Positions 1 to 14,991 of a DNA stretch of 64,000 nucleotides are shown piece after piece (within the stretch, counting starts at the first letter, position 1; every line of letters starts with the position of its first letter). The stretch covers positions 49,414,001 through 49,478,000 of the forward strand of contig NC_043007.1 of NCBI RefSeq assembly GCF_006345805.1, in the 5' to 3' direction. Position numbers and translations under genes: made by a program. Source of the DNA: Octopus sinensis (taxonomy: Eukaryota). The notes beneath the pieces were generated by a model, which was not told the origin of the DNA, searched no databases, and was given only the letters and a program-made list of their open reading frames with translations.

Positions 1-197
1 CTATGTCAAATTTTGGGTGATGTATCCTAGATCCTGTCATTATTTTTCTTGTTTTCCTATCTATTTTGGTCAGTTCATTTAGTGTCCAGTTAAGGATATT
101 GTAGCTGTAACTTATAACTGGGACAACTAAAGTGTTAATACCTATTATTTTGTTTTTAGCATTGAGCTCTGTTTTTAGTATTGATCTAACTCGTCTT
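1..197 (-). mobile_element. R4/Dong-type non-LTR retrotransposon, 5'-truncated copy running off the window
   Basis: Minus strand encodes RRVRSILKTELNAKNKIIGINTLVVPVISYSYNILNW...KIDRKTRK...HHPK, homologous to the Dong copies at 26.5 kb and 37.3 kb. Abuts a (TAA)n tract. Confidence 0.8.
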
Positions 198-478
<281 letters not shown>

Positions 479-479
479 A

Positions 480-935
480 CATGTTTCACTTTTGCTTTGT
501 ATTTGTATAAGTTGACTCCAAATCTCACCCACAAACTTCAAGGGAAAACAAGTAAGAAGTACAAGTTGGTATTATGCCTAAGGTGTCATATATTTGGCTT
601 TGCGCATAGAATTGTTCTAGAGAATGTTTAAGAAAACATAAGAAAAATGTAGGCTTGTTAAAAAATTTGAGATTACATAGAGAGTATTTTATGCAGGATA
701 TAGGCAGTTCCAATGAGCGCGATCTTTTGAATTTCTGCCATTTTGGGGTTTCCTGGTCTCTAGGCCAGGTAGCAATCATCCCCTTTTGCTATCATTCCCA
801 GGGCACCTATGACAACAGGTATTGTTTTAGTCTAGAGGTTCCAAATTTTGCCAATTACCAGTTCAAGATCTTTATACTTGCTCAGTTTTTGGTAGGTCTT
901 AACTGATAAATTTATACCAATTGGTTCAGTCATAT
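480..935 (-). mobile_element. R4/Dong LINE 3' end (end of REL endonuclease plus 3'UTR) followed by (TAA)n
   Basis: Minus strand ends ...MAEIQKIALIGTAYILHKILSM*, matching LQEVQKIVLTGTSHVLRRALSM* at 27776. Confidence 0.75.
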
Positions 936-999
936 CGATGAGATGGCATGATTTTTGTGGTAAAGGTGCAAGGGATCAAAGGTCTCTATAGCTGCCTAT

Positions 1000-1990
1000 G
1001 CCGGGACAAGGACCACAAACAACATCAGCACCGGCAACAACACTAAAGACATTAACCACTCTAGAGGGAAACGAGGGAAACTCTCCTACACTCCTCACCC
1101 CAAACAAAAATACACACATAAACAAGAATATAAACATACACACAGACACAGACGCACAGCAACAGACTCCTCATCTGCCAGTAGTGAAGATGAAGGAAAA
1201 CCAAAAGGTCCCCAAAAAACAAAAAAGAAAGTACAAAAGAAAAACTTCACAAAGCATAACAACACTCAAAATAAAAAAATACAGACACCACCCACGAAAA
1301 CATCTCCCCAATAACATCAACACCAATGCAACCAACAACCATCACTATCACCAGAATCTCCCAAACGTAAACAACCTAAACAGACACAGGAACAAAAACT
1401 CACACAAACGTCTAAAACACAGGTACGACACTCACAGCACACACAGACACAACCGAAATAACAAAAAGTCCATCACCACTACAGTCAAACAAACAAATTA
1501 AACAACACCAACACAAAACACCCACTTCGTACTCATCAGAAGGCACGACGAACTGATAGCCCTCGTAACACAAAACATAGAATTTGAAACGTGGTAGGTG
1601 TGATACATAGAATCGAGCACATTTCACTACCAGAAATTTTCCTTCTGGTGCGAATGTTGCTCGATTCCTACACAACAATTCAAGAGAAAACTCCGGAGAA
1701 CGTGGAAACCCCGAACGTGAGATCCACATCGAAGCTCTTAAAGGGGCTCATCCCCCAAAACTCCACCACTTATGGAAATCGAACTACCTGACTTTCACAA
1801 GACACCTTTTCTTTCTTTCTTTAGCTTGCCAACATACAGAATAGAAATTTTAAATGTGCAAGGCCTGTGGTCACCATGGGAGGAAGGGCGCCGGCTCAAC
1901 GACTTCAAGTCTCTAGAATTCGATATAATTGCTGAGACCAGGATTTCCAATGCAGGCGCACCGGCCCACACGTTCGACGACTGTCAGATT
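1000..1990 (+). mobile_element. degraded Tx1/L1-like LINE fragment (ORF1 end and start of APE endonuclease)
   Basis: LNVQGL...LNDFKSLEFDIIAETRIS matches the APE N-terminal motif NVxGL...D(I/V)..(Q)ET. Confidence 0.55.
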
Positions 1991-2169
1991 TTTAACGTTT
2001 ATAAATCAGTCCTTTTTTTATTATTATTTTTTCCCTTTTCGCATGTTTTTACAGTCATTTACTTTTTTAAAATATTTACTTACTTTTTAAAAATTATTTT
2101 TATTATTTTAATTATTATTTTTTTATCCTTTTATCATTTTTACCATTTTTTATTATATTTATTATTTTT

Positions 2170-3785
2170 ACCTTTTTGTGTACGGCAACAGGTCGTCGTA
2201 CTCTACTACTGGTGGCAAGTTGTCGAATTCAACGCGTACTCCCGTTGGGTCTATCTTTTTTCCGAACAGTTCTCGTAGTTTTTATTATTTTTATCATTTT
2301 TACCTTTTTATGTACGACAACAAGTCGTCGTACTCTACTACTGTCGGCAAGCCGTCGAACTCAACGCGAACTCCCGTTGGGTTTATCTTATTTCCGAACA
2401 GTTCTCGTAGTTTTTCACATCTCTCGTCGTCAATAACAATTGCTTTGGTGCTTTCTGGATAGTATTCCGTCGTTATTTCCACTCTTATTACTGTTTTCAT
2501 TTTTGAGATTTTCTTCTCTATCTCTGTACTTTTCGCATATGTTACCATATGCCATTTATGTTTTGGTTCTTTTTCATTTGTTTGTTTCTGTAGTTCCACT
2601 TGTTCTTCCGCGTTGACTTCCTCTGATGTTTTTGGTATCTCACGTTGTGCTTCTTGTTTACTTTTTCTTTTCTCTAGTGGACTATTTGGCGGTGAGTCCA
2701 CGTCTTCTTTCCTTTTCTTTTTCCTATTCATATCTGTATACTCCTCCTCCACCTTCTCTGGACACTTCTCACATACTGGGTTCGTCGCTTCGGCATTTTG
2801 CTCCTGCCCGTCGCCCTGCTGCTTTTGTTCCTTTTCATCTTTATCGTCATTCTGGGGACACCTTGCTCTCATGTATCCCCTTACGCCACACTGGTAACAG
2901 GTTGGCGGTCTTCCCTCCACCACTACTCCCAGTTTCATGTCCTCTGGTAGTATCATCTCCTCCGCCATCTTATGCAAGTCCTGTAAACTGACCTGGATGG
3001 CCATCTCGAGGGCGTAACCCCACCATTTTACCTCTTTCCTCCTCACTTTCAACACCTTCAGGTCTTCCTCCATACTATACAGGATGGCTTTCACTAGCCA
3101 CACATCCTCAATCTCCGGAGGTACTCTGCCAGTCCTTACCCTAGCCACTCACTTGCCACAGTAAGTCAGAAGAAGTACCCACTCTGGTGTCAGCGTTACA
3201 GTGGAGTGGTTAATCGCTTCTTGTTCACAAGTTAACCTTACCTCTACTGTGCCATATTTCCTCCCTCTCGGTTAAAATGTTGTGAGGCGTTTTACCTCCT
3301 TTAAGCATTTCTCTATAGCCTCTACTGTGGATATTTCTTTTTTTTTCGATGCCGTGGACAGCGTTCTATACACCACTGTCCGCTTCATCACGCTCGCTGT
3401 TAAATTTTCTGGCTGTGCCAACCTCAAACAGTTTCCATCTTTCTCTATGAGTCTGTTGAACTCCTTCAATTTCTTCTGCTCCATCTTTATCTCTCATACC
3501 TGCAACACGTCAGCTGTCAAACTTCTTCCAGTGGCTGCAGCATAGCTGCTGGCTGGAATTGGTTCGCACACCATTCTCTGCTTCTTGTCTACTTCACCCA
3601 TGAATAGGGAAGAAAACAATTATAATATCACAGACAAAAACGGCAACAACAATTCAACAGTTTAACAATGATATTCAAAAAGTAGGTTACCCTTACGAGA
3701 GACCTTCAACAGGAATATGACAATTTAACTCACAGGGATCAAAAATGATTAAAAAAGCACCAAAAATAGCTCGCTGACTGACATT
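2170..3785 (-). mobile_element. Tx1/L1-like LINE 5' part (gag-like ORF1 with zinc knuckle)
   Basis: ORF 2300..3148 contains GRPPTCYQCGVRGYMRARCP, a degenerate CCHC knuckle, followed by a K/E-rich tail. The last ~110 bp of the ORF are duplicated (2178-2285 vs 2311-2415). Confidence 0.65.
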
Positions 3786-3856
3786 ACTGTTTATGTCCAT
3801 TATTTATTAGTTGTGGACCAGCACGCTTCTCACTTGGGGGGTGTCCACCACAACAC

Positions 3857-3935
<79 letters not shown>

Positions 3936-3983
3936 TAACAATAATAACAATAACAATAATAACAATAACAATAATAATGATTA

Positions 3984-4028
<45 letters not shown>
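3857..4028. repeat. (AAT/AAC)n tract switching to the inverted (ATT)n tract
   Basis: Direct reading; orientation flips near 3980. Confidence 0.9.
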
Positions 4029-4031
<3 letters not shown>

Positions 4032-5452
4032 GCTGACGAAGCAGACGTGTTTTATAATCTCTCTTCGAAGCGAAATAATCTTACTAGAGGAAATAGAGTT
4101 CGAGACAATTATTATAGGGGTTGAATATTATAAAGTGTTTTATTTTAAGGCAAAATGTTAAATTCGTTTCCTTCTCAGGTCATCCAAATAAACGATCATG
4201 AACATTTAACACCACGCCCCACAAATGAACACCGAAAGTGCATAAAATAACTTTAACACACTGAACACAAAGAAAAGAGTGACTGCTAACTTAACTGCAA
4301 TGCAAAATATTAATAAAATTAGAAAACTAAAAGAAAACATAGATATTTTAATTCACCCGAGTAGAAATCTTGTCATCGTCCATAACCAGAACAGAACAGC
4401 AGCAACAAAGAGAACAACAACAACAACAACAGTATTCAGTTGCGTATCGTTTTCGGGTTTAAACACGAGTAATAGTAAATTGTTTTTTGCTAATGATTTT
4501 CTCAGTAGATAAATATTTTCCTGAAAGATCAAAAACCTATGAATATTTTGTCCATCAAAATGGGCCCAGACTTGCTCAAAGGTTTACAAAAGCCAATGAG
4601 AAGAGAAAACCAACGTACCTATACCTTGTGATAAACATGGGACCACACCCAAACATGAATTGGTAACAGCTTCCGTGAGACAAGAAAATACACGGACAAA
4701 CACACAGACACTAAGGCACACACATACATAGACGCGCGCGTGCATACACACACAGACAAATTTACCGATACATACATAAAAGGATATACTCAGACACACA
4801 GGCACAGAGGCACAGATTCATAGATACACAGATGCACACACATTTGCGGGTAAAGATAAGCAAGTTGTACGATTGCAGGAGAGAAAGGAGAGATTTGGAA
4901 AAATAAAAATGTTCGCTGTGATTGATGAAAACCAAACGTTTTATTGGTCATTACGAGATTACTTTGCGTCTTGTGTTAATCAATCAAATGCTGAAAGGCT
5001 CTCTGCAACATCTAATTTTTAAGTGTCAACAACTATCCTTTCGAAGTAATTACCTGACTAAGGGGAGAGTCTACAATGCAAATGTACAGATTGATAGTAA
5101 CCCGATGTAGAAAACATGTATCAGATTAACAGAAGATGCTTTTAAAACAAGATTCTACTTGCGTAAGAATTTACGAACTTTTTTAAATATTTGAACACAA
5201 GGTTTTCCACGAGTCTGGCCGGGAATATTCTGCTTTTGAAGAAATACGGCTTAGCTCACTTTAAAGAACACTAGTCTGTTTTAGAAAGAGATAATCTATA
5301 TAAAGATAGTATTCACATACAATTCTATGGGATATCCGTTTGACCGAGTATTACATCATTCTTTTTCAGAATAAATTTGGTTTCAACCTGAAATCAGCGT
5401 TCCTCGAGGCACACATCGAAATACTTGCTCGGTATTATCTTATATGCCTACA

Positions 5453-5501
<49 letters not shown>

Positions 5502-6528
5502 ATATGTTTACTTACACACACACACACACATACACACACGCTTTTTGAAATTTTGGCATTTTACATTGTTTAACAACCTTTTCTGACGTTTTTAATGACC
5601 TTTCTTTTTCAAACTGTTTTACGATGTCTGCACAGCAACAATTTGTTTAGGTTCTGGTTTTTGTGATAATGAGTTATTTTCATTTATTTGCATATCCTAC
5701 ATGAATTTTATCAGAGCATTTTTACTCTTAAATAGGTATGCGTTTTGTGGGGCGTGTATGCGTGTGTGTGCATTAATTTTTTTTGTTTGTGAACCCCCAA
5801 AATCTTTGTGTGAGATTTTCACACTTAAGAAGACACATAGAATGAGAACGCGGTCGGTCCAAATTCTATTTTTGTCTCTTCATTTTCAAATTATATTTAG
5901 TGTGTACATTTATCAGTGCCCCATTGTGTACATTATTGATTACCTTTAAGAAGCTATTCCATATAAAAGTAAAAGCTTCCATAAATCCTTATTGGGGTTC
6001 TTTGATAAGTGTCCATGCATTTAAGCGACCTTATGTACATTTAAAGCGATTTAAAATCTTCAATTCTGGGCTAAAAGATTTTCTTGGCGAAGTTTGCGTA
6101 TACAAAATCTTTATCATTAGAGAGAGACAAAATACTTCTGGGGAAATGATTGCGTTTGCATCGTTTTTTATATTTTGATGAACAGAGTTGTGTTATAAGC
6201 ACAACGTGTATATAATAAACACATGTTGTAATACTGCATTTTGTCTTATAGGCATACATATATGTGTGTATATGTTTATATGTATATACGCACACACAAA
6301 CAGAAATACTGCATTTTATCTTATATGCATACATATATATGTATGCATATATTAATTTGTTTACTTACACACATGCACACACGCACACACATACACACAC
6401 ACACACAGACACGCATACACACATGAAGTTAGGGAGAACAGAGTGAAAGCGAGAGAAATAGTAAATGAAAAATAAACAGTCATGTTTAAAGATAACTTCA
6501 GAGACAAGTAAAATAAAGTATTGTTTTA

Positions 6529-6735
6529 TTAAATTTCTTCTTTGTTTTTGGAATTTATATTTTTCCTCTTCTTCCCATCTTCTCCTTTACCGCGCTCCCG
6601 TTTGAAGCTCAGCATTTCATCCAAATTCTGTGGTAGTTGTTTATTATGCGTTTCAGGAAGAGTCAATAGCAAGCTCGATGCAATGAAACAACCAGCACCA
6701 AATACAAGTCCTGGCCCCCAAACAACACGCGCAGC
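6529..6735 (-). CDS. SLC22 transporter exon 10 (last coding exon)
   Basis: tttcag|AARVVWGPGLVFGAGCFIASSLLLTLPETHNKQLPQNLDE...KEEI*; conserved LPET motif; TAA at 6531-6529; 207 nt. Confidence 0.93.
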   Translation of the reverse strand, partial: AARVVWGPGLVFGAGCFIASSLLLTLPETHNKQLPQNLDEMLSFKRERGKGEDGKKRKNINSKNKEEI

Positions 6736-6783
6736 CTGAAAAATAGAAATTTACAAATTATATATATATATATATATATACAT

Positions 6784-6848
<65 letters not shown>

Positions 6849-6852
6849 CACA

Positions 6853-6899
<47 letters not shown>

Positions 6900-7793
6900 G
6901 TATCTGCATGTGTGTATGTTTGCGTGCATGTGTGTGTTTGCGTGTGTGCGTGCGTGTGAAAATATTGGTGACGATGTGTACGATAATTAACAGGAAGGAC
7001 AAGAAACAGATATGGATAAGCACTGTTTAACAGCCAGCTTTTTGTTCAGAGTTAATGCGAGCAGTCATCGCTCGCTATAATTGTACTTAAATACTAATGT
7101 AATTCCATGTAGAAAGAAGTAGTCGGTTAACAAAGACGTTTTGAACCGTTGGCTTTTAAATGTATGTAGTGAAGTGTTGGTGAGCCTTAGCATGCCGGCT
7201 GGTAAAACATTAGGTCGAAAGCCTAATAAGTACATGATCAATCACACTGATCAGTCAGTTATTATATATCATGGGTTCCTGGGTATGAAAGAAAATTAAG
7301 GACAACGAAGATTACGTTACGACTGATAGTTGGGGTATATGGATTGGATTGTTTCGATAGTAACACAGAACCATGTCAATTAAGTAGGTAGTAAATGGAG
7401 TGAGAATGAATGGCGTTCACGTTCCTGATCGTTAGTCTGAGCTGGTGTTATTGCCTGAAGTACAATCATCTGTCTAGCGACTGCACTGACTCCTATCAGG
7501 GAATCACCAAAAGAGTTGTAGGTATGACTGAGATCAAACATGACTCGTAAATTCAATGATGTCGGTCAGTTGTCACATTCGTTTTTGTATGGCATATTAG
7601 AAGCAGCAAGGAGTGCAGAACATGAATGGTGTGTGTTCTGTCAACATTTGGGAGGGTCATCACTGCAAAAATATATAAATGACATAAGGAAAAGTAAATC
7701 GCTAGCAATCTGTCGTCAAGTGTGCTACGTTCAATTTCCACAGACCTGAATTTCCGAGAGAAATCTATATACTAACTAAAACATTTCACTTAC

Positions 7794-7866
7794 CAGCATT
7801 CTTGTGTAAGGAGAGATCATGCTACCGATACGTGCTGTAGCTGAGGCTACACCCATTCCAGCAGTC
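7794..7866 (-). CDS. SLC22 transporter exon 9
   Basis: taacag|G TAGMGVASATARIGSMISPYTRML|GTAAGT, 73 nt; TM11 ARIG motif. Confidence 0.92.
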
Positions 7867-7989
7867 CTGTTAAAAGAGAATCCAACAATATTTGATTAAA
7901 GAGACTTTTTATAGAAACTATCTCGAGACAAACATCTAAGGCCTTGTTCGTTGTTATCATTGTCTATGTTGGTACTTAGTCCTAGGTAA

Positions 7990-9900
7990 CCATACAAATC
8001 AATGATGAATGATAATCAAACCACAACTATTCAGTGGTTTTTCACCATTGCATCCAGAACCACATTTTCCATGGCTCGGAATAATCGGGCATGGCGATGA
8101 GAACGAGGGTAGCGCCTACTTTTGCCAACCTTGTCATGGCATACTTGGAAGTCCAAATATACGAACATGCAAGATTAAAATTTGGGAAAAGTTTCCAAAA
8201 ATACCTACTTAACAACTGGAAACGCTACCTGGATGACTGTTTCATCCTTTGGCTACATAAAATTTAACAACTCACAGAATTTGAAAACTTAATCAACAGC
8301 ACTAACCACAGTATCCAATTCACTATGGAATACAATCACCAACAACTACCCTTCCTGGACATCTTAATAATAAAGAGGGATACTGAGATTGAAACCGACA
8401 TCTTCTTCAAACCAACAGACTCAAAACAATATCTTCTATTCTCCTCTTGCCACTCAAAACATACTAAAATAAATATACCGTTCAACTTAGCGAGAAGAAT
8501 TTGCACGATTGCATCAAATCCCGAAACCCGAGAAAAGCGACTTCAAGAACTTAAAACCTCATTACTAGATAGAAAATACCCGGCCAGTCTAATCAAAAAT
8601 GGAATAGAACGTGCAAAAATGATAGACATCCAAGAGTTACGGAAAACAAGAAAACACCATGACACACAATCCAAGAAACCAGGAAGCATATGACATCATC
8701 CACCAAAACATACCCATCCTTATGAAGGACCCACGAATGAAAAAGGCACTAAAAACACATAGGATTATTAAAAGCAAGAGACAACCGCAATCTCTAAAAG
8801 AATTACTCACCAGCGTCAAATTACCCACCAAAAATACAACCCCACAAGTCAAAAAATGCAACCGCTCTAATTGCGGAACTTGCATCTTTCTCTTAGAGGG
8901 CTCAACATACACATTTAAGTCAGGCCTAAATTTTACCATAAAACATGACTTCACCTGTGCTTCGAAGAACTTAATCTATGTTCTTAAATGTGGAGGTTGT
9001 GGTGGAGACTACATTGGTCAAACAAGCTTAACTTTGAGGAATAGACTTACGGTGCACAGACAACAAATCCGGGACCCCTCAACTAGGAAAATTCCCGTTA
9101 GCCAGCACCTAGACCAATGCTCCGAAGACAAAAACCCTAAATACCAAATCTTCCTTCTCTATTAATGCACTGGAAACACTTCAACCCAATTCCGTTTAAA
9201 TAAGAGAAACATACTGATTAAAAAATATAAACCACAGCTAAATATCCTTTAGAAAGAAGAAAAAGCAGTATAAGGAAGAGAAAAAGCACTCAATTTCAAC
9301 ACAAAAAAAGAAACAATAAAATTTTAGTAACGATCTTCCACCCGGTTTCGAAACCACAGCTCCAAATCACCACACAAACGCAAGATGCTGACGTCACCCA
9401 CTTCCAGTCCAATGATATTCCACAAACACCAGTTGCTGACGTCACATAATTCCAAACCAATCAAAACCAAACTTCAACGAATATAACAAAAAGACCCTTT
9501 AAGAGAACCAACCAACCGGAACGACCTATAACCGTATACTGCAAGGAAACCAACCAAGCAGAATGACAAGCTTGACCACGGAAGAAAAACGTCATCAATC
9601 TTTTAACGAATCAAAATCAGATCCACTCGCAGAAAAAAAATTTATAAATACATCTTTCCCTAAAACATACCATTGTAATCGGAAGCGACTGTTTAAAGAT
9701 CTGAGAAACCATAATTTCCCCCTTTTTTTACTATTTCAATTCTCACACTGGCTTTTTTCAGTATGACTTGTTGACCACCACTGAAATTAATGAACCTTGC
9801 ACATTCTAACAAATTAATATACAGTTTTAACTTCAAACTTACACCTTCTGTTTTGAACATGATAATTTATTAACATTGAAACATTTTAATTTAACAACAT
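7990..9900 (+). mobile_element. Penelope-like element (probably Neptune clade), frameshifted RT plus GIY-YIG endonuclease
   Basis: GMAMRTRVAPTFANLVM, RYLDD, LPFLDILI, FKPTDSKQYL...SCH; then CNRSNCGTC and LIYVLKC...YIGQT...RLTVHR. 3' boundary approximate. Confidence 0.9.
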
Positions 9901-10106
9901 TGAAACATTTCAGTTTGTCAACATTGAAGCATTTTGATTTGTCAACATTGAAACTTATAACGATGATTTTCTAATTTTACACTTTTACCATTGATAAACA
10001 AAAAAAATTGTTGAAATTAGTTTGGTATATATGTAAATAAATGTATTTTAAACATTTACGAGCTTTTGAAATTTAAGTGCATTTTCAACAACACATTTTC
10101 CTATAT

Positions 10107-10187
<81 letters not shown>

Positions 10188-10234
10188 ATATACACACACA
10201 AATGAACGTGTAGATATTTGTGATTAATCCTAAC

Positions 10235-10352
10235 CTTAATGTAGTCGGATAGATTTCAGGAGTATATAACCATAAACCACCAAAGGCACCACTGATACCG
10301 ACCATTCCAAGTAAAGACAAAACTACTGTAGCAGTATTGATGGCGTCACTGT
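10235..10352 (-). CDS. SLC22 transporter exon 8
   Basis: ttacag|AC SDAINTATVVLSLLGMVGISGAFGGLWLYTPEIYPTTL AG|GTTAGG, 118 nt; contains the E(L/I)(F/Y)PT motif. Confidence 0.95.
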
Positions 10353-11146
10353 CTGTAAATAGAAAATAGAGGTCAACATTATCACAAACTCAAAACAGGT
10401 TGCTTCTGGGCTTCTAGATAGAAATGAAAATATGTGATGCTTATTCATCTCATATTATGGGTTGACAACCGAAAACGAGCAAATATGAATTCAATTCAAA
10501 CATTATTTTATATATTTAACTTCTGATCAGTTGATGTCTTCTTTTCGATGACAACAACACCAACAACTACATTTGATGACACCTTCTAGATGTATAAATG
10601 GTAACCTGGTAATTTTAAAAAATTCGCTAAATAAATTCACTGATATTTAATAGACTTGGCCTCGAATTTTTTGGATTATTCAAATATATCTGACCTTATG
10701 TCAGTGCAATTTGATCTTTAACCACTTCATGCAAAGAGAGTTAAACACAAAATAGAAAAAAATTGCATAAATGAAATGACTTACCTTTTCCATGACTGTT
10801 TGTCTGTCTGTCTGTATGTCTGTCTGTCTGTATGTCTGTCTGTCTGACTATCTATCTGTCTCTCTGTTTGTCTCTCTCTGCCTATCTGTCTGTCTATCTA
10901 TCTGTCTGTGTGTCTATCTGTCTGTGTGTCTTTCTGTCAATCTGTCTGTCTGTCTGTCTCTCATTCACCCCTGTCTCTCTGTTAACAAGATCGTCTTAAA
11001 TATTCAAGATAAAAGCGTAAAGAGAAAGATAAGTGTGCGATCAAGTTAACATTTCTGCTTTTTGTTATGTCACTTCATACAATCTCGTTTTAGAAAGATC
11101 TTCTGGTCAATCATTGTTGTGTTTGCATTGAATCTCAGTGTGTGTT

Positions 11147-11200
<54 letters not shown>

Positions 11201-11204
11201 TGTG

Positions 11205-11247
<43 letters not shown>

Positions 11248-12719
11248 AATGCACACATACACATACACAGACACACGCACGTTTAGTATTGTTTCATGCT
11301 ATCTTTAAAAGCCTGCCGAGCCTTTTCATCGCCATGGGATTTTCTTTCTTCACGTAGTGTCTGTTTTTGTTTATTTATTGACCGCTATCATTCTATTTTT
11401 AACTCAGATTAATTTACTTTGCTTTATGCAGTGGATATGTCAGAGTTTGGTTAATGTTTACATCTTGGCCTGGAAATGAAAATCCAAAAAATATACTGGA
11501 ATGGATGTAAAACAATGTGTAGGAAAGGAATATGAAAAGAAAATGCGAGAAAAGTAACGGGAGGGTGGGGAGAGAACTTCGGAAACTTCACAAGATCCGA
11601 GATTTTCCTTCGTAACTTTCAGGAAAATGTCGGTTCTTTTCCCAGAGGGTTGGGAGAGGACTTCGGAAAATTCACAACCGAATTATGCGTGTCAAGATGT
11701 AGGGGTTAATGTTTAGGTTAGAAAAAGGTTATTTATTTAGCCTTTCATTGTATATACCTAAAACCACGACGAGTTGGAATGTATAAACTAGTAAATGGAA
11801 AAGCATGCAAGGTAAAAAGAAAAGTTAATTTCGGCCTGTGTGTGTATACACGTTCTAGTAGTAGTAACCCACAGATAAAGATAGAATGATGTTGTAAGAG
11901 AAAAGAAATTGAGCTAGTAAAAGTTATAGAGTCGAGGGATGTTGTGTCTCATAACCTTCTTTCTCCCTCTGTCCCTAATGGTCGCTGTCAATGAGTTTTC
12001 ACCAACTCGCTTCTCCAACAATAGAATTCGTTGGAGGTCTGTGATATCTATTCTAGCTATTGGTGAAATAGTAGAGGTTAGATGGGTCAAGTGGCGAAGA
12101 CATTATTTTGTTTAGCTAAGGCATCTGGCAAATTTAACTGCTGTCACAGAAAAACTATTGTTTTACCGTAAGAAAAGTGCTGATGAACTGTTAATTGAAA
12201 TTCGGCTATCTTTTTTAAAAATGCACTTTTGAAGGTGAGATGCAAAACTGCATCAACCCCCTTTCTTTACACATATTTTAAGATGACATTTTGCAGAAAT
12301 ACATTTTATAGAGTGTGGATTACATTAGATTGAGAAATCAAAGATCTTTGAAAACAATAATAAACAAAGTGGTAACGATATTTGGACAAAAAAAAAAACG
12401 TTAGTGTTTGCGTGAAACAAGTCAAAGTGTATTAAAACAATATCTTTTACAAACCTACTAAAATGACTGGATATATAGATCCAGGATATATAAGGCTTAA
12501 ACTGCAAAACAGTTTTGTCATTTAGCAATTTTTCGCGCCGATATTTTAAATGGGTAACAAGTACTCTTCGATTTTTTTGTGGAGAGAGAGGGGAGAGAGT
12601 GAGTGAGTAAAGGTGTTTTGTCATCTATGTATTTTTTTAATGGCCTGTACAATATAAATTTCGAAATGCAGATTTTTTGGCAGATTCGGAATCTCCGCCC
12701 TCGATATAGTGTGTTCATG

Positions 12720-13450
12720 TAAAAATAAGGCCAAAAAATATCTCAAAGGAGTGCGTTCCATGATCTTTACCTCCGCCGATTTGTACATACCCCGGTGGCT
12801 GATCTATGAAATTTGGAGAATGGTTTGCCGTATGGCAAATGTAACCGAGTATGTGGAGATTACAATAGCTTGTCAAATTGTCAGTCATAACAGTAATTCA
12901 TGGAAAAATGTTTTGTCTGATAACATTCTCCAACGTCTCTGTACTCCTATTTCGTTGAAGAAATCCTTTTCTGGTTGTGGTGTCATAACACCCGACAACT
13001 CATGTCTTGCGATACATTCATCCTACATTGTTCTTGCTATTGAAGAACAAGCTTTCATCGATCTCTACGATTTGATCCGGACCAACAATGGGAATTTTGT
13101 CTTGTAGTAGTTTTGCCGAACAAACATCCCTACAGAACTGGTACCACTGAACAGCAGTTTTTATATCAATGCAATTCAGACTTGAAGATATCGTCACAGG
13201 CAATTCGAAAATAAAATAAAGCACTAAATGAAAAATTACATATAATGGTAGCTTAGAGCTTTCTATAAATGTACCTTTCCTGATGGAAAGAGGGTTTTTT
13301 TTTTACATTTAGCGCACTTTTTTTTACATTTAGCGCACATTCACCGAATGTGTGCAAGCACACGTTTTTTCATTGGCAATATGTTTTGTCTTCAGATAAT
13401 CTATAATGTTCTCTGGTGTAAAGTACAGTAATAGTTCCAATCTGGGTGTA
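12720..13450 (-). pseudogene. Merlin transposase remnant A
   Basis: TAVQWYQFCRDVC...GPDQIVEIDESLF and downstream H.ANHSPNFID; contains stops and frameshifts. Confidence 0.8.
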
Positions 13451-13786
13451 CACAATGTAAAATAAATTTAGAAAAATAGCAAGAACTGCTTCTTTTTAAA
13501 GGGTACAAATATTGTGATGAAGATGATGATGATTGTTGCTGATGGGATGGCTGTGGTAGCTTCTTGATTTCAATTAGAGTTTACGGAAATAATGTATGAA
13601 CTTGTGCAATGTTAATCCTTCGAATTTATTTTTAATAGTGATAATGAAACAATGGGTTCAGTCCTTAGCGCCAAAATTAATTTATCTTGCAAAAGAACAC
13701 ACAAACATACATACACACCTATACAATTTCAGAAGCATGGCTTCTTGTAAAGAAGATGATGATGATGATTGTTGCCAATGGGATGG

Positions 13787-13842
<56 letters not shown>

Positions 13843-13989
13843 GCACGCCAACTTCAAAAGAACTGCTCTGATCCAATCGCGTTCTCTGTCTTCTACTTGA
13901 GAACATCCCCTTCCCCCTCCCCCCCAAATTTTTTTACGGAAACCTACGATCTTCAGAAACAAGCAAATACACGTGCTTTAAGAAGTGAT

Positions 13990-14914
13990 AAACACGGTTC
14001 TTATATCCAAAGATCACCCATGGTTCTATGCAGCTGTTGCGATATCACTCTTTATGAAGGAGTTTTCCGTTTCCACGGTAAAAATAATACTGCCGTTACA
14101 TTTTTCATGGAACACGATATCCTGCCGTTTACCCACAATTGTCCGACATGTAATTTTCCATTTATTTCGCGCGAGGAAACGAACATGTGGCGTTGCTGTA
14201 GGATGGTACGACGACGTCGCCAATCCAGAAGGGAGTGTGGATATTCTGAATCTTTATTGAAGCACTTTCTGGAAAACACCCATGTTCCGCCTTAGAAAGT
14301 AATGCCTTTTTGTAAATCACTTCCTCAGCACAGCTTGGTCGCACAGATTAATCGAGGACAATCTCGGATTCTCCCGTAAAACATCTGTAGATTGGCACTC
14401 TTTCTGTGCTGAGGTCTGCCAGTCTTGGGCATAAAACAGCCAAAATAAGATTGGAGGAGATGGGGTTGAAATTGAGATAGATGAATCGGCTCTGGTCCAT
14501 TGAAAATATCAACGTGGCAGAATAATCGAAACGGTTTAGCTTTTTGGTGGACTGGAACGCTTGACGAAGAGATCATTTATGGTCCCACTTTTGACCGAAT
14601 GTAGCGAGGGCAACAGAAGGGATGCTGACACCCTCATTCCTATCATTAGACGCCACGTCAGGCCGGGATCAATAATCTATAGTGACTGTTGGCGTGTGTA
14701 TAGTGACTTGAGCAGCATGGGCTATACACACTTTCAGGTTAATCACTCTGAACACTTTGTGGATCCCCATAACCCAGCTGTTCACACTCAGAATATTGGG
14801 CGTTTATGGGGAAGCCTGAAAAAGGGCATTGATCGTCCCGGAATGAGACCGATGTATCTCAAACAGTATGTCGATAGGTTAATTTTTATACGGGCCAACT
14901 TAGAGACTCCATAA
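13990..14914 (+). pseudogene. Merlin transposase remnant B
   Basis: CPTC zinc motif, GGDGVEIEIDES, IIYSDCWRVY, VNHSEHFVDP...HTQNIGRLW. The expected catalytic E of NIE is G; stops and frameshifts present. Confidence 0.9.
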
Positions 14915-14991
14915 GTTTTTTTTTAGAAGCTGGAAAACTGTACCCGTGTTTCTGAGGACTTGGAAGAATTGGTTTTTGATGTTTAGTCACC

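Noticed and set aside
998-1501. 167-aa K/H/N-rich ORF
   Set aside because: Low-complexity part of a decayed LINE region; no host-gene splice support
4030-4090. CTGACGA...GCGAAA hammerhead-like words
   Set aside because: No closing stem II pair, and no NUH triplet with matching stems I and III
7540-7749. 69-aa Cys-containing ORF near exon 9
   Set aside because: Opposite strand to the gene, no splice or domain support
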